Assembly (NCBI GenBank): GCA_964453155.1
Contig: CAYVQU010000007.1
Span: 3,036 to 67,035 of the forward strand
From: an uncultured Anaerolineales bacterium
Lineage (GTDB): Bacteria; Chloroflexota; Anaerolineae; Anaerolineales; UBA11858
Length of the DNA stretch: 64,000 bases
Direction of reading: 5' to 3'
Of the stretch, positions 43,925 to 53,409 are shown piece by piece. The position numbers were made by a program, and so were the translations under genes. How positions within the stretch are numbered: position 1 is the stretch's first letter; each line of letters opens with the position of its first letter. Below the pieces are notes generated by a model. That model had not been told where the DNA came from. It made no database searches and was given only the letters and a program-made list of their open reading frames with translations.

Positions 43925-45654
43925 TAGCGGGTCTCCTCACGGGCTGAATTGTTGGCATTTGATCCGTTTTCAGGAGCAGACGCGGAATCCTGTTCGGGGA
44001 TAGAACCAAACTGGACAAAAGAGCTGGAGGCTCCCAAGGTTTGGGCGACTTCTTGAATAATCGTGTTCATTAAGTTTTCAATATCACCGGCGCGATGTAG
44101 TTTATCGGTGAGGCTGGCCGTAGTCTGTTCGCGCTCGGCCCGACGTTGGGTTTCCTCATACAACCGGGCGGTATCTAAGGTGGATTCAAGTCGGTCAGTT
44201 AAAGTACTTAAGAAATTTATCTCGGTCGTCGTCCAGGCCCCGGAATCATTTTTTTTCTGAACATCGAGTTGACCGACGACCTGCCCGCGGATCTGAATGG
44301 GTATCGATCGAATTTGCTCATTTTCTGGTTCAGGTACGACCTCTGGAGAGCGGATTTCATTTATTCCGGTTTGATTACGCCGATACCCGACCTGACCATA
44401 ACGGCTGAGAAATTCCTGCCAGTCTGTTTGAGTTTGTTGACGGTAAGCTTTTCTTTCGGCTTCTAACGCGGCTTCTTTTTCGCTCAATAATTCGACATTC
44501 GATAACAACACTGCAATCTGGTCAGCCAAAATTTGGAATGAATTGGTCGTAGCCGGGCCAAATGGTTGCCTGAGGCGACTTTGCAAGGAAATCATCCCCA
44601 GAATTTCTTGCCGGGATCGTAAGGGTAAGATGGCAATTGCTTCGGTGTTGGATAACAAATATGGGAAATCGTCGCTAGTAATTTCGGGATCGATTACGCG
44701 TGATTGGGCTTGCGAGGTGGTCAATACTTCACCAAAAATACCCTCTTTTGCCGGAAACTCATCGTAAAGGTTGGGTAAATTTTGCCCAAATCCACCACTG
44801 CTGGCCTGGATCGATAAAGTGTCCCGATTGGCATTTAATGTCAGAATTCCGACATGAATTAAATCAAACCGATCTTCGATCAAGGTAGCTGCTTGAAACA
44901 TCAATAACTCGGGTTCTAAAATTAAAGAAATTTGACGGCTAATTTCCGTGACTGTTCCTAATATCGATGACCGGGCCTGTAGTGTTTTCGTTTGTTCCTG
45001 GAGAGCGCTTTGTTGTTCCTCTAATTCGGTAGTTAAAACTCGACTTTGGCTAAGCGTAGTGAAAAGGTTGTTTAAGATGGCCGACACCGATGAAACAACC
45101 ACAATACCAATGACCAAAAAGGTCGTACCAGTACTAAACCAAGCTGACCAATTATCTGGTTGGGTGAGTATCTCGATAGCGGCATATCCATAGGGGAGGA
45201 TCGCCTGCTGGAATAAATACCCAAACAGCAACCAGGTGAAATAACTAACGAAAGATAAGATTAAACCCACTCGGCCGCGAATGAAGATGGCAGCAAAGAT
45301 TGGCGCACTAACCAACCATAAACGCCCATCTCCGACCAGGCCTGTTTCGAAAGTCGATAACAACCCTAGCAGGTACAGCAGAAGGATAAAGCTGCCGGCT
45401 CTTAAATTGTAGGCAATTCTACGGATATAAGTAATACTGATCAGCCAGAAATACACCCCAATATAAATTCCCAAGAATACCCAACTACCCCGTTGGGCCA
45501 ACGTATAAATGCTGATGAGAACGATAAAAAAGCCAGCAAAAGTACCTAAGGTTAAGATCGCTGAAAAAACGCGCTCTCGCCAAACCTGAAGCGTGACATC
45601 CTCGTCACCCTCAGATTGAGTAAATAGCGGTTCCAGAAAAGGAACAAAATTCAT
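43924..45654 (-). CDS. Membrane sensor paralogue: polytopic N-terminal module + coiled-coil + degenerate A-type GAF + half-GAF + conserved tail
   Basis: About 6 hydrophobic spans (WRERVFSAILTLGTFAGFF...). EDRFDLIHVGILTLN... GAF. KAYRQQTQTDWQEFL linker. IPIQIRGQVVGQLDV. Tail ETQRRAEREQTTASLTDKLHRAGDIENLMNTIIQEVAQTLG. TAATG overlap with the downstream gene. Confidence 0.8.
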   Translation of the reverse strand: MNFVPFLEPLFTQSEGDEDVTLQVWRERVFSAILTLGTFAGFFIVLISIYTLAQRGSWVFLGIYIGVYFWLISITYIRRIAYNLRAGSFILLLYLLGLLSTFETGLVGDGRLWLVSAPIFAAIFIRGRVGLILSFVSYFTWLLFGYLFQQAILPYGYAAIEILTQPDNWSAWFSTGTTFLVIGIVVVSSVSAILNNLFTTLSQSRVLTTELEEQQSALQEQTKTLQARSSILGTVTEISRQISLILEPELLMFQAATLIEDRFDLIHVGILTLNANRDTLSIQASSGGFGQNLPNLYDEFPAKEGIFGEVLTTSQAQSRVIDPEITSDDFPYLLSNTEAIAILPLRSRQEILGMISLQSRLRQPFGPATTNSFQILADQIAVLLSNVELLSEKEAALEAERKAYRQQTQTDWQEFLSRYGQVGYRRNQTGINEIRSPEVVPEPENEQIRSIPIQIRGQVVGQLDVQKKNDSGAWTTTEINFLSTLTDRLESTLDTARLYEETQRRAEREQTTASLTDKLHRAGDIENLMNTIIQEVAQTLGASSSFVQFGSIPEQDSASAPENGSNANNSAREETR

Positions 45655-45656
45655 GG

Positions 45657-48527
45657 TTATAGCTCCTCCTGGAGATTTTTAAGATCGTCGGTAAGACGGA
45701 TCGATACTTCTTCAAGGGGCAAAGAATCATAGATTTCATTCACCGCAGTTTGCAAAATCGTTTCAATATTCAGGCTAGATCGTAACCGAGTCGTGATTTC
45801 TCCGATGATTTGCTCTCGGACGGCTCTTTGTTGGGAATCCCGATAAAGTCTGGCCCCTTCCAAGGCAACTCCCAATTGCTCAATGATCGTTTGCACTACT
45901 TGTAGTTCTTCGGGGGCCCAGTTGCCGGCTTCGATCGGTTTATGCGTATTCAATACCCCAATCGTCGTATCGCGCACCTTAATTGGAATAGCCAGGTTAT
46001 GACTCCCTTTTTCAGTGGATTGGGTAATATCTCCGGCCCGTAAAGCTGTCTTTTCGATATTTGTGGATTGATCTTCAACCGCAATGAGACCTTGTTCACT
46101 GCTCTTGTAACCCAGGGTGCTCTGGGTAGCTAAAGTCTCTGTCCAGGCTTGGTCACTGATCTCGCCATAAGCCCGGCGAGAAGCTACCAGGGCATCTTGT
46201 GTTTGGGTATACAAGTTGGCATTATCGATGGCGACACTCACTAGATCTGCCATTGTTTGGAGAATGGCAATGCTGGCGTCATCGAAGGAATCAGGTTCAG
46301 AATCCTGAATAGTGAGGGCCCCGATAATTTGCCCGCGAACTCTTAGCGGCAGCGCGGCCTCCGAACGAGTTTCGGGTAGTTCTTCAGTTGCCAGGCGCAC
46401 AGCATCCGCACCTGCCTCCAGCGCAATTCGGGCTTCGGCATTAGCAATACTCCAACCGATCATCCCTTGGCCAACTTGAATGCGGTGTTGACGAGCTAAC
46501 ATTTTCTGCCCAGCTTCCCCTGAACCAGCCCGGAGATACGCCCATTCCCGCGACTGATCTACTAAGAACAAACCCACATAATAAAGGTTGAAACGTTCTC
46601 GAATGACCTCCACAACCTCCTGGAGCAATTGAGTGGGATCGAGCATCGCAGAAGCAGCCCGGCCTACATCCGCGGCGGCCTGGAGGTGGGTGGATCGTTT
46701 TTCCAGGTCGCGGGTGCGATCGCTGACACGTTGTTCCAAGGACCCGATCGATTCCAATAATTGTTCCGTCATTTGGTTGAAGGATTGAGCCAAAATTCCA
46801 ATTTCATCCTGGCTGACTACCGGTGCGATTCTGGTCAGATCACCCTGGGAAATCGCAGTTGCAGTTTCGGTCAGACTAGCAATCGGGCGGATGGCCTGAC
46901 GGATCGCCAGCGTAGTCAGCCCTCCCAACAAAATTATGCCTACGACCATGGTCAACCCCACTGCAGACTGGAAAGCATTCAAAGGTCTGAGTAGTTCAGC
47001 CTCTTTTTGTTGGACAACTACCCCCCAGCCATTTTCCAGCCGTGCTGCGATCGCAATCCAATTCTCGCCATTTTCATCGGTAAATTCGACCAATTCGACC
47101 AGTTTGTCACTTTCTGAGCGCCGTAGGGCCGTGATGGCGGGGTCGGTGGAAAAATCTGCAAGAGAATATTGTTGATCGGGGTGAATCAACACCTGGTTAT
47201 TATGGTCAACAATATAACTAAATCCGGTTTCACCGATCTGATAAATATCAAGCGAAGTGCGGAAATCCTCCAGAGTAGAGGCCAGCATACCGATACCGAC
47301 CAATTCGTTCTGGGATGAATAAATTGGTTTAGCGATTACCAACGCGGGTTCGCCACTCGTTTTGCCAATTAGACTTTGATATGCGATTGGTTCACCGGCC
47401 AATATTTTTTGAACATATTGCCGATCACTATTATCTTTATTGGGGGCACCATCGCTGCGGGAGACATTTACGCCATCTAACCCAATTGTGCTAATCAAAT
47501 AAATATGTTCAAACGCTTGATCAACGCTTTCCAAAATGGGTCTTTGCGAGTTTGCGTTCATTGAACGCACAGAACCCAATTCAATTACGGCATCTAAGGC
47601 ATTGATGCTATAGGTTAGCGAGGTTTCAACTGACTTTGAAATGGTCTGGTTGCTTGTGGCTAGATCTTGAATGGCGTTTGATTTAATAAATACACCTGCC
47701 CGGGAAATAACGAAGGTAGAAATGGCCAACATCAACGGCAATGCGATCGCCAGGACTAATATCGTTAAGCGCGGTTGCAAGTTCCCCCGTTGCAAATGGC
47801 GCTCAGAGAGCATTTGCGCAAAGGCGGCGTACCCATATCCAACCACGAAGACAGTACTGGTGATGAGCAGGGCCAAAGATACTTCGATCGTGAAGATTAG
47901 CGAGATATTTACAATTTGGGCGGCGACTTGGGTTCCTAACAGAATAAAAGCCAGGCGCCGGGTGGTACTCGGGAGGGTGCGATCAAAGAACGCAAAATAG
48001 AACTGAGGAATGATGACAAAAATGGATAGACCATAAATCATCAATCCCCGGAACCAAGCTGAAATCTCACCTTGGGTGTAGGTAGAAATTGGCAGATACC
48101 CCCCCAGGTAAGTATCGGGGTTGAACCCCGAATACCATAGATTGGTGGCGGTCGTGAGATCCAGAATTGTCAACACCAGTGGTGCAAAAAATAGAGCGTA
48201 CAACCCCCACCATAAATATTTCAGACGGCTTTGCAGCCATCGTTCTTTAAGCAAAATGATTGTGACGATCAGCAATCCCGGTTGGGCCATTGGAGTAGTG
48301 ACCGCGATCAGAATACTCGGGAGACGGGCTTGATCGAACAACTCGGCAATGGTGAAAGCCCCAATCGCATAGGAGTTGATGGCAAAAATAATCATCAATA
48401 TCCCAACCCGACGGTTTGCATTTGCCCAGGGGTTTAATAAGATGATGTAGAGACCCAAGATAAATTCGATCAGGGCCACTGACCAGGCAAACATCTGGAT
48501 GATTTCTAATGTTTCAAGTTGGAACAT
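45657..48527 (-). CDS. Membrane sensor paralogue: 7TM-type N-terminal domain + Cache-like extracytoplasmic domain + HAMP + A-type GAF + half-GAF + conserved tail
   Basis: Start placed at ATG 48527 (AGGAG 8 nt upstream); the alternative ATG 48545 overlaps the upstream gene. HAMP: RPIASLTETATAISQGDLTRIAPVVSQDEIGILAQSFNQMTEQL. GAF: RERFNLYYVGLFLVD...LPETRSEAALPLRVRGQIIGALTIQD. Tail DSQQRAVREQIIGEITTRLRSSLNIETILQTAVNEIYDSL. Confidence 0.8.
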   Translation of the reverse strand: MFQLETLEIIQMFAWSVALIEFILGLYIILLNPWANANRRVGILMIIFAINSYAIGAFTIAELFDQARLPSILIAVTTPMAQPGLLIVTIILLKERWLQSRLKYLWWGLYALFFAPLVLTILDLTTATNLWYSGFNPDTYLGGYLPISTYTQGEISAWFRGLMIYGLSIFVIIPQFYFAFFDRTLPSTTRRLAFILLGTQVAAQIVNISLIFTIEVSLALLITSTVFVVGYGYAAFAQMLSERHLQRGNLQPRLTILVLAIALPLMLAISTFVISRAGVFIKSNAIQDLATSNQTISKSVETSLTYSINALDAVIELGSVRSMNANSQRPILESVDQAFEHIYLISTIGLDGVNVSRSDGAPNKDNSDRQYVQKILAGEPIAYQSLIGKTSGEPALVIAKPIYSSQNELVGIGMLASTLEDFRTSLDIYQIGETGFSYIVDHNNQVLIHPDQQYSLADFSTDPAITALRRSESDKLVELVEFTDENGENWIAIAARLENGWGVVVQQKEAELLRPLNAFQSAVGLTMVVGIILLGGLTTLAIRQAIRPIASLTETATAISQGDLTRIAPVVSQDEIGILAQSFNQMTEQLLESIGSLEQRVSDRTRDLEKRSTHLQAAADVGRAASAMLDPTQLLQEVVEVIRERFNLYYVGLFLVDQSREWAYLRAGSGEAGQKMLARQHRIQVGQGMIGWSIANAEARIALEAGADAVRLATEELPETRSEAALPLRVRGQIIGALTIQDSEPDSFDDASIAILQTMADLVSVAIDNANLYTQTQDALVASRRAYGEISDQAWTETLATQSTLGYKSSEQGLIAVEDQSTNIEKTALRAGDITQSTEKGSHNLAIPIKVRDTTIGVLNTHKPIEAGNWAPEELQVVQTIIEQLGVALEGARLYRDSQQRAVREQIIGEITTRLRSSLNIETILQTAVNEIYDSLPLEEVSIRLTDDLKNLQEEL

Positions 48528-48531
48528 GAAG

Positions 48532-50244
48532 CTAGCTCCTGGCATCCGTGCCGGCGGAAGTATCTTGCCTGAGGCGAATCGTTACCTCGGGCAAATTTAG
48601 AGCCTGCCGAATTTCTTCGGTCGCGGTTTTGATGATGGTTTCAATATCTAATGTTTCTCGCACTTTGGCAGTGGCCTCACTGGTGAGTTGTTCGCGAACA
48701 GCTGCTAATTGCGAATCTTGGAATGAACGGGCACTTTCTAACGCGACCCCCAATTGTTCAGAGATGACCTCCATGAGGGAGATTTCTTCTGGTGTCCAAG
48801 CTCCGGCTTCTGGTGATTTGTACGCATTGAGAACTCCGATGGTCCTACCGCGCTCAGAAACTGGCAAAGCCAAAGATGAGTATTCGGCCTGATGGCCTAA
48901 AATTGGTTCACCCTGGGTGGCCGCGGCGGTCATTTCGGAGGACCATTCTGTGGTTGGGGGCAAAATTCCTTCGGGATCAAAGCGTTCGTGTAAGCGTCCT
49001 TGCGCACCAAGGTATTTTTGCCAGGCCTGCTGACTAATTTCTCCAAAGGCGCGTTGGGTGGCTTCCAAATTGGATTGTAATTCTTGTAGTAACCGGGTGT
49101 TTTGAATGGTTTGGGCTACCTGATCGGCCAGGGTTTGTAGCAGGGTGACGTCTTCATTGGTAAACGCCGACGGCTCAGAGCTTTGTACATCTAAAGCGCC
49201 GATTACTTGACCACGCACCCGCAAAGGTAACGCCATTTCTGAACGGGTTTCTGGGAGGTTGGGGTTTTGGAAATATACCGCATCGGCGCCAACATCCAAT
49301 GAAATTCTGGGGATGCCGCGGTCGATGACAAAGCCAACAATCCCCACTTCACCAATCCGCAGTTGATGCCCGCGTTCCAGCATCCTTTTGCCCCCTTCCG
49401 AAGATGCCGCCCGGAGGACCGCAAACCGGTTGGTTTCATCGATTAAGAAAATGGCGGTATGGTAAAACTCAAAGTTCTGAGAAATTGAATTGACCGCTTC
49501 AACCAGGAGTTGATCGAGATCTTGAATCGTAGCTATTTCCCGGGTTACTTGGGCTGTCAGCGATAATTGTTGGTTGCGTTTTTCAAGAGCAGCAGTTCGG
49601 TCTTGAACGATTTTTTCAAGTGACCTTTGGTTTTCCCGTAATTCGGAAGTTAGGTTTTGACTGTGTTGGAGTACGGCCGACAGACGCGGGACGAGAAAAG
49701 TAAGCGAGTTGTTTATCAAGATACTCATCATCAAAACCACCCCAGTACCCGCCAGCCAATCCCCAACCAGACTGGAACGAATATCGTTGGGGTCTACCAG
49801 AATCCCCTGCGTGTATAGCAAGGCAAACACCATCATGGTCGATATGACCAGGGTTGTGACAATTTCTCCAGCCCGGCGACTTATCAGCATTCCCGCTAAC
49901 GCAGCTGTACCAGCCAGGATAACTTGAGAACTCCCATTCAGACCCTCATCTATAAAATCTGTGGTACCAATGATGAACAATAACCCCAAGAAAAACCAGA
50001 CTTTTAAGGCATAAGGCACCTTTTTCCAGAAATTGAGGATCACAATTAACAGGTACCCACCCCAATATAAAAAGATTGGCCAAGGTGTATCTGTACCTGC
50101 CTGGAGGGAATCAACAGTGCCAAGGACGGCAGCTAATAATCCAATAACAATTGCAACCCGATACAAATTCTTGACGAGTTCTTCTTGTAATTGCGGTACA
50201 GAAACTGATATTTCAGGGTCTAATTGAGGATTCTTGGTTTCCAT
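48532..50244 (-). CDS. Membrane sensor paralogue: polytopic N-terminal module + coiled-coil + A-type GAF + half-GAF + conserved tail
   Basis: About 6 spans. DRTAALEKRNQQLSLTAQVTREI connector. NFEFYHTAIFLIDE...NPNLPETRSEMALPLRVRGQVIGALDVQS. RAFGEISQQAWQKYL. Tail DSQLAAVREQLTSEATAKVRETLDIETIIKTATEEIRQAL. Confidence 0.8.
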   Translation of the reverse strand: METKNPQLDPEISVSVPQLQEELVKNLYRVAIVIGLLAAVLGTVDSLQAGTDTPWPIFLYWGGYLLIVILNFWKKVPYALKVWFFLGLLFIIGTTDFIDEGLNGSSQVILAGTAALAGMLISRRAGEIVTTLVISTMMVFALLYTQGILVDPNDIRSSLVGDWLAGTGVVLMMSILINNSLTFLVPRLSAVLQHSQNLTSELRENQRSLEKIVQDRTAALEKRNQQLSLTAQVTREIATIQDLDQLLVEAVNSISQNFEFYHTAIFLIDETNRFAVLRAASSEGGKRMLERGHQLRIGEVGIVGFVIDRGIPRISLDVGADAVYFQNPNLPETRSEMALPLRVRGQVIGALDVQSSEPSAFTNEDVTLLQTLADQVAQTIQNTRLLQELQSNLEATQRAFGEISQQAWQKYLGAQGRLHERFDPEGILPPTTEWSSEMTAAATQGEPILGHQAEYSSLALPVSERGRTIGVLNAYKSPEAGAWTPEEISLMEVISEQLGVALESARSFQDSQLAAVREQLTSEATAKVRETLDIETIIKTATEEIRQALNLPEVTIRLRQDTSAGTDARS

Positions 50245-50320
50245 AAATATTCAAATCACCTGGATAGGGTTGACTTTACGATCTGCTGATCGCGCGAACA
50301 AACTCATTGGAAGCAGTGAA

Positions 50321-50348
50321 TTTCTAGAGAAGAAAGGCTAAATGTCAA
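50321..50348 (-). promoter_or_regulatory. Weak candidate sigma-70-type promoter for the six-gene unit starting at 50244
   Basis: The minus strand reads TTGACA (50348..50343), a 16-nt spacer, then TAGAAA (50326..50321), inside the 110-bp gap upstream of the 48532..50244 gene. By-eye match only. Confidence 0.25.
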
Positions 50349-50354
50349 CACGGC

Positions 50355-51842
50355 CTAGTCCGACTCGCTACCGGTGAGTTCCGGTGGTTGGTTTGGGTCA
50401 ACCCATAACTGGATATCGAGAGCAGCCAGACCTAATGAGCGCAAAATTTCGGTGGATGCGGTTTTTAGGACCGTTTCAATATCCAATGTTTCCCGAATTT
50501 TTGCGGTAATTTCACGGATAACTTGCTCACGTGAAGCACTGCGCTGGGTTTCTTCGATAAGGCGGAGATTCTCGAGGGCTAGACCCATCTGCTGGGTAAC
50601 TGTATCGATCAATGCTTGCTGTTCGGGTGAAAGTTGATCTCCTCCTGCAGGGATCTCAATTTCGAGTTGGCCGATAGATTGCCCGCGAATGGCAATTGGG
50701 ATATCTAAGGCAGTTTCCAGTGGGGCTGTATCTTCTGCCTCAACCTCTGGTTTTTGAATAGCAGCTTCATCTGGCGATATCCTTGAAAAAACTTGTGGTT
50801 CAAACTTCAGTTGACTTTCTCGGCGTTCGGTATATTCTTCCCACCGTTTACGGAGATAGAGCTGATGGGTTTCTTCCGCTTCTGCCAGGGCAGCTTGCGC
50901 CTGATCATATAAACCGATCCCGTGCAAAACAATGGCAGCCTGATCTACTAAACTGCTGATTTGACGCTGGTCGTTTTCATCTAGATGAATTGTGCGATGA
51001 GATTGTCCAGATACCAACCCCAGCCATTGATCACCCGTTGTTAAGGGCCAAATTCCGAAACTACGAACACCGCGTTCAGCCATCAAATCGGAGCGTTGTT
51101 CTGCCTCCAGGCTTGGATCAGTGCTAACATCCGAAATGATAATGGGGTCTGCGCGCGAAATGCGGGCCTGAACCGGTAGGTTCTCGAAATTAACTCGGGC
51201 ACCCAAGAGATCACCGGTTGTTTCATTGCTTTGAGTCAAAACCGCCGCAACCGTGATCACAAGCGGCGCTTCTCCCATCGAGAGGGGAGTGTCGAACAGA
51301 TAAATCCCATTCCAATCAAAGTATTGGAGGGCACTGGAGCGAATGAGCGCATTTAAAACATCATCAATGGTTTGAGAACGCAAAACCCGATCGCTCCCGA
51401 CGTAAAGAGTTTCAGTCTGTTCGAGCGCTTTCTCGATGATTTGACGGGCATTTTCCTGTTCGGCTAACATTTGGCGGAGGTCACCAATCATCATTTCGAC
51501 CCCAACTGCTAATTCTGAAAGGACCTCGATCCCTTCGGGGATGGGGACTTCAACATCCATATCCCCAAGGGCGACCGACTGAACCACATCCAGCAAGGCC
51601 CGGCTTTGGGCCTCGATGAGAAGGTTTTTCTCCTGTTCGGCATTATATTGCTGCTGAACCAGTCTATTCCGCTCGAACAATTCTTCCGAAGTCAGGTCCA
51701 GGGAGCGTTCGAGGAGGGTCCGGTCGGCATCAGACTGCGCATAGGCGTTATCTACGGCCGTAATGAACTGTTCCCATTCGGCTGGAATTTTTTCTGTAGA
51801 ACCAAAAAAGCGGCGTAACTGCCTTTGTAATAAACGGTGCAT
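50355..51842 (-). CDS. Soluble sensor paralogue: N-terminal LLxRQLRR...DRxLLERS helix motif + GAF-like domain + half-GAF + conserved tail
   Basis: No hydrophobic spans. MHRLLQRQLRRFFGSTEKIPAEWEQFITAVDNAYAQSDADRTLLERSLDLTSEEL. GAF-like segment ETLYVGSDRVL...WLGLVSGQS...SSLVDQAAIVLHGIGLYDQAQ. IPIAIRGQSIGQLEIE. Tail ETQRSASREQVIREITAKIRETLDIETVLKTASTEILRSL. Confidence 0.75.
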   Translation of the reverse strand: MHRLLQRQLRRFFGSTEKIPAEWEQFITAVDNAYAQSDADRTLLERSLDLTSEELFERNRLVQQQYNAEQEKNLLIEAQSRALLDVVQSVALGDMDVEVPIPEGIEVLSELAVGVEMMIGDLRQMLAEQENARQIIEKALEQTETLYVGSDRVLRSQTIDDVLNALIRSSALQYFDWNGIYLFDTPLSMGEAPLVITVAAVLTQSNETTGDLLGARVNFENLPVQARISRADPIIISDVSTDPSLEAEQRSDLMAERGVRSFGIWPLTTGDQWLGLVSGQSHRTIHLDENDQRQISSLVDQAAIVLHGIGLYDQAQAALAEAEETHQLYLRKRWEEYTERRESQLKFEPQVFSRISPDEAAIQKPEVEAEDTAPLETALDIPIAIRGQSIGQLEIEIPAGGDQLSPEQQALIDTVTQQMGLALENLRLIEETQRSASREQVIREITAKIRETLDIETVLKTASTEILRSLGLAALDIQLWVDPNQPPELTGSESD

Positions 51843-51871
51843 TTACAACTCCAGGATTAACACCATTCGAT

Positions 51872-53014
51872 TTATTCTTCGGTAAAGGTCGTGATGGTCA
51901 TGGTCTGGTTATGCAGTTCGCACAACCCGGTGGGGATGAAGGGGGCAATTTCACCATAGGAGTAAAATCCAGTTAGCGTTGCAGATTCTCCAAAGATGTC
52001 TAAAACACCTTCAACCTCTTCTTCAATGCGTTGCTGCATTACCAATTTACGCCCAACACAACTGATGAGGACGGCCAATTGCGGTTGCGATTGGAGCATT
52101 TCATGGGCGTTTTGGGCTGCTTCCATGGCGCCATCAATCAGCCGTTCAACATTGGCTTTCATGAACCGGGCCACATAACCTTCGGGCACATCCCCCGCGA
52201 AGGTCATACTATTGGTCTCCTCATCAACACCCAAAATCGTACGGACCAAGCCGCGCTCTCCGGTTTTTGACGTTAGGCTGAGCGGAAACAACAGTCCGCT
52301 AGAAGGGAGATCAGCGGCATAATCGCCCAAATAGCGCTTGTAAAGCTCTAAGGCGGATTGGCCATCTAATTCGTATAAAACATTATTTTCAGATCGGGTA
52401 ATAATCCGTTCGGGACCAAATGGATCCCAGCCACCCCAAGATCCATTCCCAATTTTTAATCGCTGACCATAAAAACCGATCGCCCCAACCCGCCGTTGAG
52501 TTGACTGACCATCGATGATGACCCGGGTTTTCTCAAACCGGGAGCCATCGCCAGCCAAGCCCCCGGTTACCAGTATCCCTTCAGGAAGTTTTTCTTCCAG
52601 GCCTCTAACCAGATGGCTGCCATTTACATAGATTCCATCCGATAGTACGAAAACATGGGTTAATTCGTCTTCATCACTGAGAATCTCGGCCAGTTGCTGT
52701 CCGGCGAGATAACTGTCATTTTCAGCGTTTAATTCCACGTTGGCGCTTTTAATTTTGGTATGTTCGAATTCAACCGCGGTTACAGCTAGTGTGTCGTCCC
52801 AGACTTCGGTCCCCAAAATTTCACCAGCTGTCGAACAGCCCAGAATATGAGCAGCGGGATATGCGGATTGGATATTATCAACTAATTCAGTATTACGCAT
52901 TAGCGCGGTGGCACCAAAAACAAACACCAATTGAGCAGAATCTTTTAGCCCGTTTTCTGTTTTGGTTACCCAGCCAGTATTTTGGGTCCACTGCTTTTGT
53001 TCTGTCCTGATCAT
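51872..53014 (-). CDS. FIST-domain signal-transduction protein (FIST_N + FIST_C)
   Basis: 380 aa. The overall pattern (LVFVFG...ILGCSTAGEI...AVTAVEF; later GFYGQ...YVARFMKAN...GFYSYGEIAP) matches my memory of FIST N and C domains. 29-bp gap to the downstream gene. Confidence 0.7.
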   Translation of the reverse strand: MIRTEQKQWTQNTGWVTKTENGLKDSAQLVFVFGATALMRNTELVDNIQSAYPAAHILGCSTAGEILGTEVWDDTLAVTAVEFEHTKIKSANVELNAENDSYLAGQQLAEILSDEDELTHVFVLSDGIYVNGSHLVRGLEEKLPEGILVTGGLAGDGSRFEKTRVIIDGQSTQRRVGAIGFYGQRLKIGNGSWGGWDPFGPERIITRSENNVLYELDGQSALELYKRYLGDYAADLPSSGLLFPLSLTSKTGERGLVRTILGVDEETNSMTFAGDVPEGYVARFMKANVERLIDGAMEAAQNAHEMLQSQPQLAVLISCVGRKLVMQQRIEEEVEGVLDIFGESATLTGFYSYGEIAPFIPTGLCELHNQTMTITTFTEE

Positions 53015-53043
53015 GCTGGTCTCCTTTTTATTGAATCGGTCGA

Positions 53044-53409
53044 TTATTCACTTTGAAACCATTTTATCGCTTCAGTTTCATCTTGAAATAAGCGTAAATC
53101 TTTTGTGCCGGTGGCCTTTATTACAAATCCAGCTAATACTCGAATATAACGACTGGCTCCGATAATCGCAGATTTACCAGATCGTGGGTCTACATCTTGG
53201 AATAGGGTTCCAAAAACTCTTCTTACGGAGGCTGAGGCTTTACCAACTTCACTGGCTTCTATGATGGTATGGAGGGGAGATTCTGCGGAGGCCTTTTCTA
53301 AATAAGTCCGGTATGCTTCGATATACGCCAGGACTTCGGCCTCATCAATATCACCCCGGAATACGATCCGGAGGATGCCGTCTTCACCAAGATCAAATGC
53401 AAAACTCAT
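53044..53409 (-). CDS. Small STAS/SpoIIAA-like protein (121 aa), tentative
   Basis: GILRIVFRGDIDEAEVLAYIEAY...KSAIIGASRYIRVLAGFVIKATGTKDLRLFQDETEAIKWF resembles the SpoIIAA-like/STAS (DUF-type) small-domain layout. No enzymatic motifs. Confidence 0.4.
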   Translation of the reverse strand: MSFAFDLGEDGILRIVFRGDIDEAEVLAYIEAYRTYLEKASAESPLHTIIEASEVGKASASVRRVFGTLFQDVDPRSGKSAIIGASRYIRVLAGFVIKATGTKDLRLFQDETEAIKWFQSE

